In this document: positions 1 through 10,509 of the stretch, one piece after another
Numbering within the stretch: position 1 is the stretch's first letter
How the letters are laid out: every line of letters begins with the position of its first letter
Source: Gammaproteobacteria bacterium RIFCSPHIGHO2_12_FULL_35_23
Lineage (GTDB): Bacteria > Pseudomonadota > Gammaproteobacteria > UBA12402
NCBI GenBank assembly: GCA_001801465.1
Contig: MGXT01000023.1
Location: 3,809-67,808, forward strand
Length of the DNA: 64,000 nucleotides
Reading direction: 5' to 3'
Position numbers and translations under genes: made by a program
Notes under the pieces: generated by a model
The model's input: only the letters and a program-made list of their open reading frames with translations
Database searches by the model: none
What the model was told of the DNA's origin: nothing

Positions 1-656
1 TGTGCCTTACGTCTCATTAAAGTTTCACCTATTGCAAATAGTGCACAAGGCCCCGCTGTAGCTCCAACTACATTGCATATATGAGCGAATACTTGAGGAA
101 TTTGGATGTGAAAAATCGATACTAGTATTCCTAATACTGGTGCAACAATTAGCGGATTTTTAATTAAACTAAGCATGCCATTTCGTATTACGTGTAGCAA
201 TGATGTATCAGGCTTACTTATTTCAATAATGACAACACCAATCGCCATAAACAAACAAAACATTACAGTTGCTAAGGTAATAGGAATCAATACTTGTCCA
301 CCCAATAAAGTGGTTAGTACTGGAATACCCATATAAGCTACGTTAGGAGAAGAAATTCCCAAAGCTAAGACAATACTTTTAGGAGGTGAATTGCTACGCC
401 ATAACCATAGCAATGCAATGATAAAAGGAATTAATGCAGCTAAAAAATATACAAAAATGAAGTGCCAATTTAAAATTTCATCAATTGGTGTTGTTGCCAT
501 TGAAATAAATAATAAAAAAGGCATAGCAAAATAAAATACAAAATCATTAAGAGCAGTATCTGTATCACTAGGAAAATTCTTAAGCTTGGTGGAGAGCGCC
601 CCACATCCCATAATTAAAAAAGTTGGCACAATTGCCATAATAATGATATGTAACAT
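1..656 (-). CDS. AEC-family (auxin efflux carrier / malate permease-like) membrane transporter, 3' part truncated by window edge
   Basis: Minus-strand ORF runs off the window start. Translation from ATG (revcomp of 654-656) gives MLHIIIMAIVPTFLIMGCGALSTKLKNFP...GIPVLTTLLGGQ..., a polytopic hydrophobic protein typical of the AEC/membrane transport protein family. An alternative start is at 638. Confidence 0.55.
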   Translation of the reverse strand, partial: MLHIIIMAIVPTFLIMGCGALSTKLKNFPSDTDTALNDFVFYFAMPFLLFISMATTPIDEILNWHFIFVYFLAALIPFIIALLWLWRSNSPPKSIVLALGISSPNVAYMGIPVLTTLLGGQVLIPITLATVMFCLFMAIGVVIIEISKPDTSLLHVIRNGMLSLIKNPLIVAPVLGILVSIFHIQIPQVFAHICNVVGATAGPCALFAIGETLMRRKA

Positions 657-1530
657 TTATTGTCCTTTTTTAAAGATGACTTATCCCTTTTATTATCCTA
701 GCTTAACTTATTAAAAAATCAAAATAAAGTTAATGGACTTAATAACGACATAATTAATAACTTCATAATAATTCTTACCTTATCACTATAATCAGCCAGA
801 AATTAACATACTCAATAGCACTAAGAATAAGAATTTTATTTTTTAGGGCTGACTATCAAATTACCCAAATTCATTAACTCCTCAAGCAATACTTTTAATA
901 ATTTCATTATAACTCTTAATTATTATATTTTTATCAGCTACAAGCTCATACAGAGCTTGCTTCAAATAATGTCATAACAAATGGGCTACATGTGTTAGGC
1001 ATTATTTTATAAGCTCTTGCTTGCCAAGCACTTTTAATTTTTTTAGCTTGCATGCTTCTCTCAACTTATTGCATTAAAGGATAGTGTTCACCAATTTTAT
1101 TCTCCTTAACTTATTGATTAATTTAAATTTTAATTAGATGCCGAAAGAGTTCTGGAGTCTATTTAATTAATACAACTAGGATCTGATGCAAAACCTACCT
1201 ATTACTTATTGCCCCACAACCAATTAAAGATATTCCTAATTTAAACCCCGTAGTAAATAATACCTCTATTGAAAAGCCCATGCAATTATCAGCTTTTTAT
1301 GAACAACTAGTAAAAAAAATAATGCCGTTTTATGAATATAAGCAAACTAGTTACTTCAAATCAGTTAGATAGTTTTTATTAAAAATAATCAGATCATAAT
1401 ATATTAACTGAAGAGATTACCAAAAAATGTTACTATTATTTTGTAAATAGCTATTAACAATAAATAATAATTAGGTAATTTATATTACAATAGATTAAGA
1501 ATTATCGTTCTATTATAAATAAGGTACATT

Positions 1531-2928
1531 ATGAATGAATTAGTTAAATTATCAGCTACTCAACTAGCAAAAGCAATCAAAGAACAACGTTTTTCTTGTC
1601 AAGAAGTAATGCAGGCTTATTTGCTACAAATAAAAAAATCAAATCCAAGTTTAAAAGCTATTGTACAACAGTTGGATGAAGCTCAAGCTCTCAAACAAGC
1701 AGCTGAAGCTGATCAAGCCATACTACAAAATAAACCTCTCGGCAAACTTCATGGGGTTCCTATTACCATTAAAGATCACATCAAAGTAAAAGACTTTATC
1801 GTGACACGCGGTTGTATTACTTTAAAAAATAATCGCTGTAGTGAAGACGCTTCGATTGTAGCTCGTTTAAAAAAAGAAGGTGCTATTGTCATAGGGATTA
1901 CCAATATGCCAGAATTAGGGCCTGTCTTTGAGTCTGATAACGCTATTTATGGACAAACCAAAAATCCTTACGATCTTACTAAAACAGCTGGAGGAAGCAG
2001 TGGTGGCGAAGCTGCTATCCTGAGTAGTTGTGGTTCCGCATTGGGAATTGGCTCTGATGGTGGTGGTAGCATACGCTTACCAGCACATTTTTGTGGCATT
2101 GCAGGCTTAAAACCTACCCAACATTTAGTTTCATGCTCTGGCAATGTACCTGGTGATGGGGGCTTAGGTATGCTTTTTTACACCCCTGGGCCTATGGCTC
2201 GTTTTGCTGAAGATTTAAAACTCGCTTTACCTATTATTTCAGGCTGGGATGGCATTGATCCTCATCTGATACCAGGTACATTACCCACCACGACCAAGCC
2301 TTTGGAAACAATGCGCATTGGTTATGTTATCGATACAAGTGCTTGCACACCTACCAAAGAGACTATCAACACCATTCATGAGGTTGTAGCTATTTTGAAT
2401 AAAGCCGTTGCTAAAATCAAAGCGGTTGATTTTCTAGATATTGGCAAGATTGGACTTTTTCATTGGGATACTTATTTTTATGGCGGAGATCAAGGCAAAA
2501 GCTACTTGCAACTATTAAAAAAACTCAATATTACAACCCCTTCTGCTCCTTTACAGCGTTTTCTAGAGGCTGCAGCAAAATCTGAACTTTTTGATGCTAA
2601 TGAATTTCGTAGACGTTTTTTCGAGGTTGATCAAATTCGAATGCACGCACTCAAACATATGCAAGATTATGATATTATTATTACTCCGACTTGTGCTACT
2701 CCAGCCAAACCTCATGGTACAACACAAGCGCAAATTAAGGATTTTGTATATACTATGGTTTTTAATTTATTGGGTTGGCCTGCTTGTGTAGTCCGCTGTG
2801 GCACTTCAAAAGAAGGCCTACCGATTGGGGTACAGATTGCAGCAAAACCCTGGCATGATTACAATACCATAGTGATTGCTGAATATTTAGAACAAAAACT
2901 TGGCGGTTGGCAAATGCCCTCTATTTAA
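1531..2928 (+). CDS. amidase (amidase-signature family, GatA-like)
   Basis: 465 aa. Carries the amidase signature GGSSGGEAAILSS..GIGSDGGGSIRLPA with the catalytic Ser-cisSer-Lys context (KDHIK...GGSSGG). Confidence 0.85.
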   Translation: MNELVKLSATQLAKAIKEQRFSCQEVMQAYLLQIKKSNPSLKAIVQQLDEAQALKQAAEADQAILQNKPLGKLHGVPITIKDHIKVKDFIVTRGCITLKNNRCSEDASIVARLKKEGAIVIGITNMPELGPVFESDNAIYGQTKNPYDLTKTAGGSSGGEAAILSSCGSALGIGSDGGGSIRLPAHFCGIAGLKPTQHLVSCSGNVPGDGGLGMLFYTPGPMARFAEDLKLALPIISGWDGIDPHLIPGTLPTTTKPLETMRIGYVIDTSACTPTKETINTIHEVVAILNKAVAKIKAVDFLDIGKIGLFHWDTYFYGGDQGKSYLQLLKKLNITTPSAPLQRFLEAAAKSELFDANEFRRRFFEVDQIRMHALKHMQDYDIIITPTCATPAKPHGTTQAQIKDFVYTMVFNLLGWPACVVRCGTSKEGLPIGVQIAAKPWHDYNTIVIAEYLEQKLGGWQMPSI

Positions 2929-2992
2929 TGTTACAATTAAAAAATATCAGTTAACTCTTACTTCCATAGAGCAATTAACTAGGAGAACTTGT

Positions 2993-3484
2993 ATGAATAA
3001 AGTTTTCTTTATTTCCGATACTCATTTTGGTCATAAAAATATCATAGTTTTTGAAGCGATTAAAAAATATCGCCCTTTTCAAACCATTACTGAACACGAT
3101 AACAAACTAATTGATAATTGGAATAGTGTCGTTAACGAAAAAGATACTGTTTGGCATCTTGGTGATTTTTGTTTTGGAAAAACTAACTTAGCAATTGCTG
3201 GTAAATTAAATGGTATTAAAAAACTGGTTAAAGGTAATCATGATATTTACCCAACCAAAGAATATTTAAAATATTTTACTGAAGTTTATGGAGTAGTAGA
3301 ATACAAAAGATTTATTCTTTCCCATATTCCAGTACATCCACAGCAATTTATAAGATATAAAGCTAATATTCATGGTCATCTACATGATAAAACACTTGAT
3401 GACCCACGGTATATTAATGTTTCCTGTGAGCAAATTAATTTAACCCCTATTTTATTTGATGAACTAATTCATAAAGTTATCTAA
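2993..3484 (+). CDS. small calcineurin-like metallophosphoesterase
   Basis: Start moved to ATG 2993 (MNKVFFISDTHFGH), which is preceded by AGGAG at 2981-2985. The track start at 2900 overlaps the amidase. Motifs DTHFGH, GDF, GNHD and HGHLH match the metallophosphatase fold. Confidence 0.7.
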   Translation: MNKVFFISDTHFGHKNIIVFEAIKKYRPFQTITEHDNKLIDNWNSVVNEKDTVWHLGDFCFGKTNLAIAGKLNGIKKLVKGNHDIYPTKEYLKYFTEVYGVVEYKRFILSHIPVHPQQFIRYKANIHGHLHDKTLDDPRYINVSCEQINLTPILFDELIHKVI

Positions 3485-3684
3485 TTTATTTTAATAAAAT
3501 TATTTCTTTAAAAATCTAATTACTAGCAACTTCTTGATAAATGGAAGCATAATAATTAAAATATTGCTCTAGCCTATTGATATCAACGCCCATCTTTTCA
3601 AGTACAATTAAAGACATAGATAAATGGTTTGCAAAAAAAATTTTGCTGTAAGTTAGTAAAAAGTTTCTACTTTTTTCAAGTAAA

Positions 3685-4233
3685 TCACGGGCAAGTTTCA
3701 TTTACTATTCTTAATTTATTAGAATAAAACTTATACACTATATAATCTTTATTCAACTTTTGATCTTTACGCACAAAAAACTCATAATTATTTTTGGCAT
3801 ATTTACTGATAATTTTTTTAATAAAGTTAATAAATGAAAAGAAATTACTTAACATACGGACTTCCCAAGTTCCTGAATATTGATCAAAAATTTTAAAAAT
3901 AAACCACTCACCTACTCTCTTTCTTCTATAAAATGGCATAATAAAAATATCTGCCATATTATTTGCTAAATTATTATCTAAACTTATACTAGCAGGGTTT
4001 ACTATTATAAATCCAATAGGTAACCGTTCATAATAAAGTATATAAATATCTGCTGCAGATTGATTACAACTAAGTGAAGAAATATTTTTTATATTATATA
4101 AACCAAGTTCATCTGTTTGCGTACAGGTAAGAGATGAACACTCAAATTGATAATACTGTAGTAGATTTTTAAAAGATAGATTATCTAAACTTTCCAATTT
4201 ATGAATTCTAAGCAATTCTAAATTAAGTGTCAT
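3685..4233 (-). CDS. hypothetical protein, possible GNAT-fold acetyltransferase
   Basis: 182 aa. The segment ADIFIMPFYRRKRVGEWFIFKIF resembles GNAT motif A (R/Q-x-x-G-x-G/A following a beta strand). No other recognisable signature, so the call is weak. Confidence 0.4.
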   Translation of the reverse strand: MTLNLELLRIHKLESLDNLSFKNLLQYYQFECSSLTCTQTDELGLYNIKNISSLSCNQSAADIYILYYERLPIGFIIVNPASISLDNNLANNMADIFIMPFYRRKRVGEWFIFKIFDQYSGTWEVRMLSNFFSFINFIKKIISKYAKNNYEFFVRKDQKLNKDYIVYKFYSNKLRIVNETCP

Positions 4234-4567
4234 GGCAGCATGTCATAATATTATAATAGTTTTCCGCTTATTAGTTATATCATAAAATTAACTAGTATTT
4301 GTCCTGAAAATAGACCGACATTTAATGCAGATTAGTTTAAAAGCTAACAGCTTGATCATTAGCGCATAATTTGCGCAAATAATTTAGCCACCAAAAACTA
4401 AAGAAACGCTCATCAGAATAAGTGCACATTGATAGCTTAGTTTCTGCTATGAAATAATAGCAAATATCAATAAATAGTATTTTTCTTTAAATGTAACTTA
4501 ATTTCTTATTTTAAATATGATAGTAATAGACTATTGCAACAAGGGATTCATTATTTTTAAGGATTAA

Positions 4568-5812
4568 ATGCTCAACCATTTATTATATTTTATAATATCT
4601 TGCATCATAGGCTTATTAATTGGTATAGAGCGAGAACGTAGTCATGCCGAGGGCGTACAAGCAATTGGCATACGCTCGTTTATATTATTTGCATTACTTG
4701 GAACACTTGCTGCGGTTATTAATCATAATAGCTTAACTATTGTTATTAGTATTTTTGTTTTTGGAGCTATTTTACTTAGTTACATCAAATCTACTCAATT
4801 CAAAAGAAAGCTTATGGATGTGGGAATTACCACTGAAATATCAGCTGGGATTACTTTCGGCTTAGGTTTTATTACACTTAATCACCCACTTGTAGCTATT
4901 TTTTTAAGTGCTTTAGTACTTTTAATTTTATTAAAACGAGAACGTTTACATTTTTTTTCACGTAATCAATTAAAAACGTATGAAATTGAGGTTATCGCTT
5001 TATTAATAATTCTTTGCACGGGTATTATCCCTCTTTTACCAAACCATACCATTGATCCATGGCAATTATTTAATCCCAAAAAATTCTTTATTTTATTAGC
5101 AATCATTATAGTAATCCAATTTGGCAGTTATCTCTCTGTAAGAATATTTGGACAACGCCTAGGCATGGCTATTACAGGCTTTTTAGGTGGACTCATTTCT
5201 AGTACAATAATTTTCCTTAATTTAAAGCAGCTTTTAAATCGTTATCCTAATTCTCAGCTACCTGCTTTAACCACAGCAATTTATGCAATAACAGCCACTT
5301 TAATTGAATTATTAGTTATTTTATTTTCGGCTTCCTCTCAGTTTGCCTATAATGTCTTCATACCTGTTATCACAATGATAATAACTAGTCTAATTATTGG
5401 TGGACTATTAACAAAATTTATCCCTAAAAAATCAAACCCGCTTTCTGTAAATAAACTAAATCCAATTAATCTTCTCGCGATTTTATATATGGTTGGATTT
5501 ATCAGTTTATTACTAGTTATTATGAGCTTAGTTGAGCACTTTATAGGTGGAAAAGGTGTTTTATTCGCATCCTTTTTAGGCGGACTATTTGAACTTCATG
5601 GCATTACTTTAGCAACAGCCCTGCTCTATGTTGAAAATCAACTATCCCTTACCTTAGCAGCACAAGCTTTATACATAGCTATTACTGCTAGCTTTCTCTC
5701 AAAACTTTTTTTACTATGGATTTTAACCTCATATCGTTTTGCCTTTTATAGCTCCTGTCTACTGCTAATAATTTTACTAAGCGGTTTTATTAGTTATTGG
5801 TTGCTTATTTAA
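4568..5812 (+). CDS. MgtC/SapB-family membrane protein with C-terminal DUF4010-like extension
   Basis: N-terminus LLIGIERERSHAEGVQAIGIRSFILFALLGTLAA matches the MgtC signature (GLxIGxEREx...G.RT..L). About 10 TM helices; 414 aa is typical of the long MgtC+DUF4010 form. Confidence 0.65.
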   Translation: MLNHLLYFIISCIIGLLIGIERERSHAEGVQAIGIRSFILFALLGTLAAVINHNSLTIVISIFVFGAILLSYIKSTQFKRKLMDVGITTEISAGITFGLGFITLNHPLVAIFLSALVLLILLKRERLHFFSRNQLKTYEIEVIALLIILCTGIIPLLPNHTIDPWQLFNPKKFFILLAIIIVIQFGSYLSVRIFGQRLGMAITGFLGGLISSTIIFLNLKQLLNRYPNSQLPALTTAIYAITATLIELLVILFSASSQFAYNVFIPVITMIITSLIIGGLLTKFIPKKSNPLSVNKLNPINLLAILYMVGFISLLLVIMSLVEHFIGGKGVLFASFLGGLFELHGITLATALLYVENQLSLTLAAQALYIAITASFLSKLFLLWILTSYRFAFYSSCLLLIILLSGFISYWLLI

Positions 5813-5822
5813 AAAATAGCAA

Positions 5823-8522
5823 TTACCAATTTGACTGAAAAAATTTCCTGTTAATTAATTTTTCTAGTTCAATTATTATAAATAAAATAAAAGCTGAAAC
5901 CCAAACTAGTAACCATTGAGTCATACTCAATCCCTGTACTGAGAATAAACGCTGAAAAATAGACCAATAACTAAAAAGTAACTGTAAAAGTATAACTATA
6001 AAAATCATTATTAAACAAATTCGGCTACCAAAAATCCCTTCCCAAGACAAACAGTTATTGAATAAGCGTCGACAATTAATTAAATAAACTACTTCATAGG
6101 CAACCAATGCATTAACAGCTATACAATGTGCTAGAGCAAGAGAAGCTTGATGGCTATACTCCCACCAAAATAAGCTATAAGCACCAATTAACATCAATAA
6201 TGCTACAAACAATACACGCCAAATCAAAGAAAATTGAAGAATAGGTTGCTGTGGATTACGAGGAGGTTTCAACATAACATCACTTTCTGCTTTTTCAAAA
6301 GCCAATGCAATTGCCAAAGTAATTTCTGTCACCATATTAATCCATAAAATTTGTAACGGTGTAACAGGCAGTACATTACTAAATAATAAAGCAACCAGTA
6401 TAATTAAAGCCTCACCAATGCTAGTAGGTAAAATATAATACATAGTTTTAAGCAAATTATTATAAATGATACGGCCTTGTTCTACAGCTTTAGCAAGCGT
6501 TGCAAAATTATCATCCTGTAGTACTATTTCAGCTGCTTCTTTTGCTACCTCACTGCCTCGCCCGCCCATAGCAATTCCTACATTAGCTTTTTTCAAAGCT
6601 GGCGCATCATTTACACCATCACCTGTCATGGCAACAATTTGTTTTTCAGCTTGTAAGATATTCACGAGTTTTAATTTATGCTCAGGAGCAGCTCTTGCAA
6701 AAACAGAACAAGAACTAATAGCTTTTTTTAAAGCAACACTATCTAATTTCGCAAGCTTATTTCCCTCTATTACCCCTCCTGATATATCAATGCCAACTTG
6801 CTTAGCAATACTTAAAGCAGTAGCTGCGTGATCCCCAGTAATCATTTTAATTTGTATACCTGCATGCTGACATAAAGCAACTGCTTTTACCGCCTCCTCT
6901 CTGGGTGCATCAATTAGTCCAAAAAAACCTAATAAAGTTAAGTTATTAAGATTTTGAGACAAATTTTGGCCAGGATCTTTTTCAATTACTTTCATTGCTA
7001 TCGCAATTAAACGTAAACCCATTTGTGCTATTTTATAACTATATTGCTGCCAAAAATCCATATCGAAAGCAGCTTCACCATTTTCTGTGCATTGCTTAGA
7101 ACAAAGAGAAAAAATTGTTTCAGGAGCTCCTTTGATAAATAAAACCTTATCTTGCTCTATCTTATTTAAAGTTACAGCAAACTTTTTTTCTGAAGAAAAT
7201 GGAATTTGATCAATTAGAGGGAACCTATTTCTAACCTCTTGCCATATCATTCCTGCTTTTAACCCTAACGTTAATAAAGCACCATCTGTTGGATCACCAG
7301 CCACTTGCCAGCCATTTTCTTTATCTTGAAAAAGAGTGGCTTCATTACAACATATTGCAGCGGTAATTATTTTTTTTAATAAAACTGGATAATTATCAGA
7401 GTCTAACAGAGTATTATCAGATAATAGAAAACTTCCTGTAGGTGCATAACCACTTCCTGTAACTTCATATTCTGATTTGTATAAGCAAACTTTAGTGACC
7501 GTCATTTCATTTTTGGTTAATGTACCAGTTTTATCAGTACAAATCACCGTAACAGACCCTAGCGTTTCAACAACTGGTAAACGTCTAACAATAGCTTTAG
7601 AAGCAGCCATAACTCTTACTCCTATTGCAAGAGTAATTGTCATAATAGGTGGCAATCCTTCAGGAATGGCAGCAACAGCAAAAGCAATCACCACCATAAA
7701 TATTTCTTTTACAGGAAGGTGTTTATAATATAAACCAAAACAAAAAATTAAGATTGCGGCTAAAATAATCCCAACTGCTAACCTATTTCCAAATTGGCGA
7801 ATTTTTTTTATTAGTGGAGTTTCTACTCGTTGTGTTTTAAATAATAGCTTGCCAATCTTGCCGATTTCAGTGTCTTGTCCTGTACCCACTATTATAGCAA
7901 GTGCACTGCCAGCCACAACCATAGTTCCTGCATAAGCCATGGAAGCTCTATCAACTAAGACGGCATCGCTTGCAACAGATGCTTCCTGTTTCAAAATAGG
8001 CTCAGATTCTCCGGTGAGAATTGCTTCTTGCGTCTCTAGGTTTTTTACTTTAAATAAACGGCAATCAGCTGGAACACGGTCCCCTGGTTGCAATACAATA
8101 ATATCACCTGGAACCAATTCAACACTTGCCATAGCAATGCGCTGTTTATTTCTAAAAACATGTGCCATGGGAACAAATAATTTATGAATAGCCTGTAAGT
8201 CTCTTTCTGCTCGATATTCTTGAATAAAGCCGATCAATCCATTAATAGCAATCACGCCTAAAATCACACTGGCATCCAGTAATGCTGAAAGCAAAAAAGC
8301 AACTATTGCAGCAATTAATAATAAGTAAATAAGTACATTATTAAATTGTGAAAAGAATATTGAAAAAATGTTTCGCGTCTGCAAAAGACTTACAACATTT
8401 TGTCCAACATGTTTTGCTCTTGATATTGCTGCTTGAGTAGTCAGGCCTGCTGGATCAGTGCTTAAGGCGTCTAAAACTTTATCAACTGATAGGGCATGCC
8501 AAAAGATATTTTTTTCAAGCAT
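5823..8522 (-). CDS. P-type cation-transporting ATPase (P2-type, Ca2+/Mg2+-like)
   Basis: 899 aa. Phosphorylation motif ICTDKTGTLT, hinge MTGDGVNDAPALKKANVGIAMG, TGES actuator motif (LTGESEP) and 10 predicted TM helices. Confidence 0.9.
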   Translation of the reverse strand: MLEKNIFWHALSVDKVLDALSTDPAGLTTQAAISRAKHVGQNVVSLLQTRNIFSIFFSQFNNVLIYLLLIAAIVAFLLSALLDASVILGVIAINGLIGFIQEYRAERDLQAIHKLFVPMAHVFRNKQRIAMASVELVPGDIIVLQPGDRVPADCRLFKVKNLETQEAILTGESEPILKQEASVASDAVLVDRASMAYAGTMVVAGSALAIIVGTGQDTEIGKIGKLLFKTQRVETPLIKKIRQFGNRLAVGIILAAILIFCFGLYYKHLPVKEIFMVVIAFAVAAIPEGLPPIMTITLAIGVRVMAASKAIVRRLPVVETLGSVTVICTDKTGTLTKNEMTVTKVCLYKSEYEVTGSGYAPTGSFLLSDNTLLDSDNYPVLLKKIITAAICCNEATLFQDKENGWQVAGDPTDGALLTLGLKAGMIWQEVRNRFPLIDQIPFSSEKKFAVTLNKIEQDKVLFIKGAPETIFSLCSKQCTENGEAAFDMDFWQQYSYKIAQMGLRLIAIAMKVIEKDPGQNLSQNLNNLTLLGFFGLIDAPREEAVKAVALCQHAGIQIKMITGDHAATALSIAKQVGIDISGGVIEGNKLAKLDSVALKKAISSCSVFARAAPEHKLKLVNILQAEKQIVAMTGDGVNDAPALKKANVGIAMGGRGSEVAKEAAEIVLQDDNFATLAKAVEQGRIIYNNLLKTMYYILPTSIGEALIILVALLFSNVLPVTPLQILWINMVTEITLAIALAFEKAESDVMLKPPRNPQQPILQFSLIWRVLFVALLMLIGAYSLFWWEYSHQASLALAHCIAVNALVAYEVVYLINCRRLFNNCLSWEGIFGSRICLIMIFIVILLQLLFSYWSIFQRLFSVQGLSMTQWLLVWVSAFILFIIIELEKLINRKFFQSNW

Positions 8523-8884
8523 ATTAAATATTTAGTTTAAATAATATTGACTATATAGTATTGGCTGATAGTAAAGCTACTAATAATTATTTGTTTAAAA
8601 AAACATCGATAGAATAAAATTTATACTAATTCAATTTGAATCTTATTAACTATTGATAAAAATAGCCAAATAAATTTTAGTTCGTACTTTTTCTACTCAA
8701 AACTGCATAGCTTACAAGCAAACATCTTTTAGATAGCTTGTTTATTTCTGAACCAGTCTAAATTTAAAAATAGCTATATTATTCATTTACAAATATGCTC
8801 CTTTAAAGCATGATACTCAGAAATTTATCGCTTATAAATAAAGCTATCGTTTATTATTTTTAAGTAACTACAGGGATTGCTATA

Positions 8885-10471
8885 ATGCGCTTAAAAAAAT
8901 TCTTTCCCCTTTTGATTATTACTCTAGCAATCGGATTTTTTACTAATAAAGTAATTGCTGAAGAAAGCGTTGCCACACCACTTCTTGGAAATAATGACTT
9001 ATTTTATGTTGCCACCCCTATTCCCCCAGCACCTACAGCCAATATACCTGTACTACAACAGCAATCCGTGAGCCCACCTTCAAAACTTTTTTGGGGAAAT
9101 TTTTATCTCCAGCTAGGGCTTGGCGTAACCTCACAAATGTCTGGACACTGGAAAAGTTCTTTTATTGCATCAGGTGAATCACAAACTCACCGAAATGTAT
9201 CACCTGATAATACCTCAAGACCTGGCAGCTTAGAAACTATCGGTCTTGGTTTTGCAATTAATCCCATTCCTTTACGCTTTGATGTAACTTATGCTTATTT
9301 TAATCAAATCAATTACTACTGGAAAGACTGGCTAGAACCTGACAATCAATTGCAGCCTGCTTCAGCGAAAATACAAACTCAAACAGGTATGTTTGATATT
9401 GCTTATGATTTTCGTAATCACACTCCCTGGACACCTTTTTTAACCGCAGGTATAGGAATAGCTAATATATCAAGTCAAACTGTTTGGACAGACCCAGGTT
9501 CTTCCAATTACGGACAAATTGATATGACTTCAAACTGGCATTCTCAAAACAATTTTGCCTGGCAAGCAGGAGCAGGAATAAATTATCAAATTAATTTTAA
9601 CTGGCTAGTAGGGTTATTAGTAAATTACTTAAACTTAGGTAAAGCTAAAATTTATTTCGACAATAATGGGACGGAAGCTGTTACTTTTAATGCCGTTAAT
9701 CTTTCAAATGTTTCAGTCTTAGCCTCTCTAATTTGGCGACCAGCACATATTTCAGGCATAACTTTATCACCACCTATCATTGCTTTGCACGATCCAAATA
9801 CTAGTTTAGCTAATCGCTTTTATATTCAAATTGGAGCAGGCCCAAGCTGGCAGTGGTCAAGCAGCTGGGATAATACTAGTGGAGCAGCTGCTATTCGTTC
9901 ACCTAAAGATACAACAATCAGTAATGTACAGGGCTCTATTGGTATAGGCTATGCACTACCAGAATGGCCTGTTCGTTTTGATGCAACCTATGAATATTTT
10001 ACTCAAACTCAATACCAATGGCCTTATTTATATAAAGATCCACAACCAGCTCTTGGCTTTGCTAGCAACTATCAATATGCGACTAGCACTGTTAATAGTT
10101 ATGCTGGCATGTTTGATGTTTCTTATGATTTTGTTAATCAATCCTCTTGGATGCCATTTGTATCGGCTGGAGTAGGACTTGCTCACGTCAATTCTCAATT
10201 TTCTTGGACTTATTTAAATGCAGGAAGTGACTCTCAGAACTTTAATTGGCATGATGCAAGCTGGCAAGCAGAAAACAATTTTGCCTGGCAGACAGCTGTA
10301 GGAATTAACTATCTACTAAACTCCTATTGGATAGTTGGTTTAAAAGCTAATTACACTGATTTGGGTCAAGCAACTATGTATCGTTTAGGAACCAACGGCA
10401 CCGACCAAAAGCAAAATACCGTAGATTTAGCAGAATATGGTATTATGGCTACTGTTGCTATTAGATTTTAG
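8885..10471 (+). CDS. secreted outer-membrane beta-barrel protein built from two tandem MOMP/OMP_b-brl-like halves
   Basis: Signal peptide MRLKKFFPLLIITLAIGFFTNKVIA. Aromatic-rich alternating beta-strand pattern ending in Phe (IRF). Two homologous ~230-aa halves are detailed under findings. Confidence 0.6.
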   Translation: MRLKKFFPLLIITLAIGFFTNKVIAEESVATPLLGNNDLFYVATPIPPAPTANIPVLQQQSVSPPSKLFWGNFYLQLGLGVTSQMSGHWKSSFIASGESQTHRNVSPDNTSRPGSLETIGLGFAINPIPLRFDVTYAYFNQINYYWKDWLEPDNQLQPASAKIQTQTGMFDIAYDFRNHTPWTPFLTAGIGIANISSQTVWTDPGSSNYGQIDMTSNWHSQNNFAWQAGAGINYQINFNWLVGLLVNYLNLGKAKIYFDNNGTEAVTFNAVNLSNVSVLASLIWRPAHISGITLSPPIIALHDPNTSLANRFYIQIGAGPSWQWSSSWDNTSGAAAIRSPKDTTISNVQGSIGIGYALPEWPVRFDATYEYFTQTQYQWPYLYKDPQPALGFASNYQYATSTVNSYAGMFDVSYDFVNQSSWMPFVSAGVGLAHVNSQFSWTYLNAGSDSQNFNWHDASWQAENNFAWQTAVGINYLLNSYWIVGLKANYTDLGQATMYRLGTNGTDQKQNTVDLAEYGIMATVAIRF

Positions 10472-10509
10472 TACTAAGATTTTTTATTAACACTTTTACT
10501 TGCCACTTA

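Noticed and set aside
2591-2791. 66-aa ORF inside the amidase gene in another frame
   Set aside because: It is fully embedded in a strongly supported CDS and gives a hydrophobic low-complexity translation.
2900-2992. Track start of the phosphoesterase ORF at 2900, overlapping the amidase by 29 nt
   Set aside because: The downstream ATG at 2993 has a canonical AGGAG RBS and begins the conserved MNKVFFISDTHFGH N-terminus, so the longer extension is unlikely to be translated.
6466-8187. Three plus-strand ORFs (6466-6831, 7477-7728, 7939-8187) inside the P-type ATPase gene
   Set aside because: They lie antisense within a well-supported 899-aa gene. Their Ala/Ser/Thr-rich translations are typical of antisense frames, so they are not independent genes.
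9951-10175. 74-aa ORF inside the OMP gene
   Set aside because: It is an alternative frame of a supported CDS.
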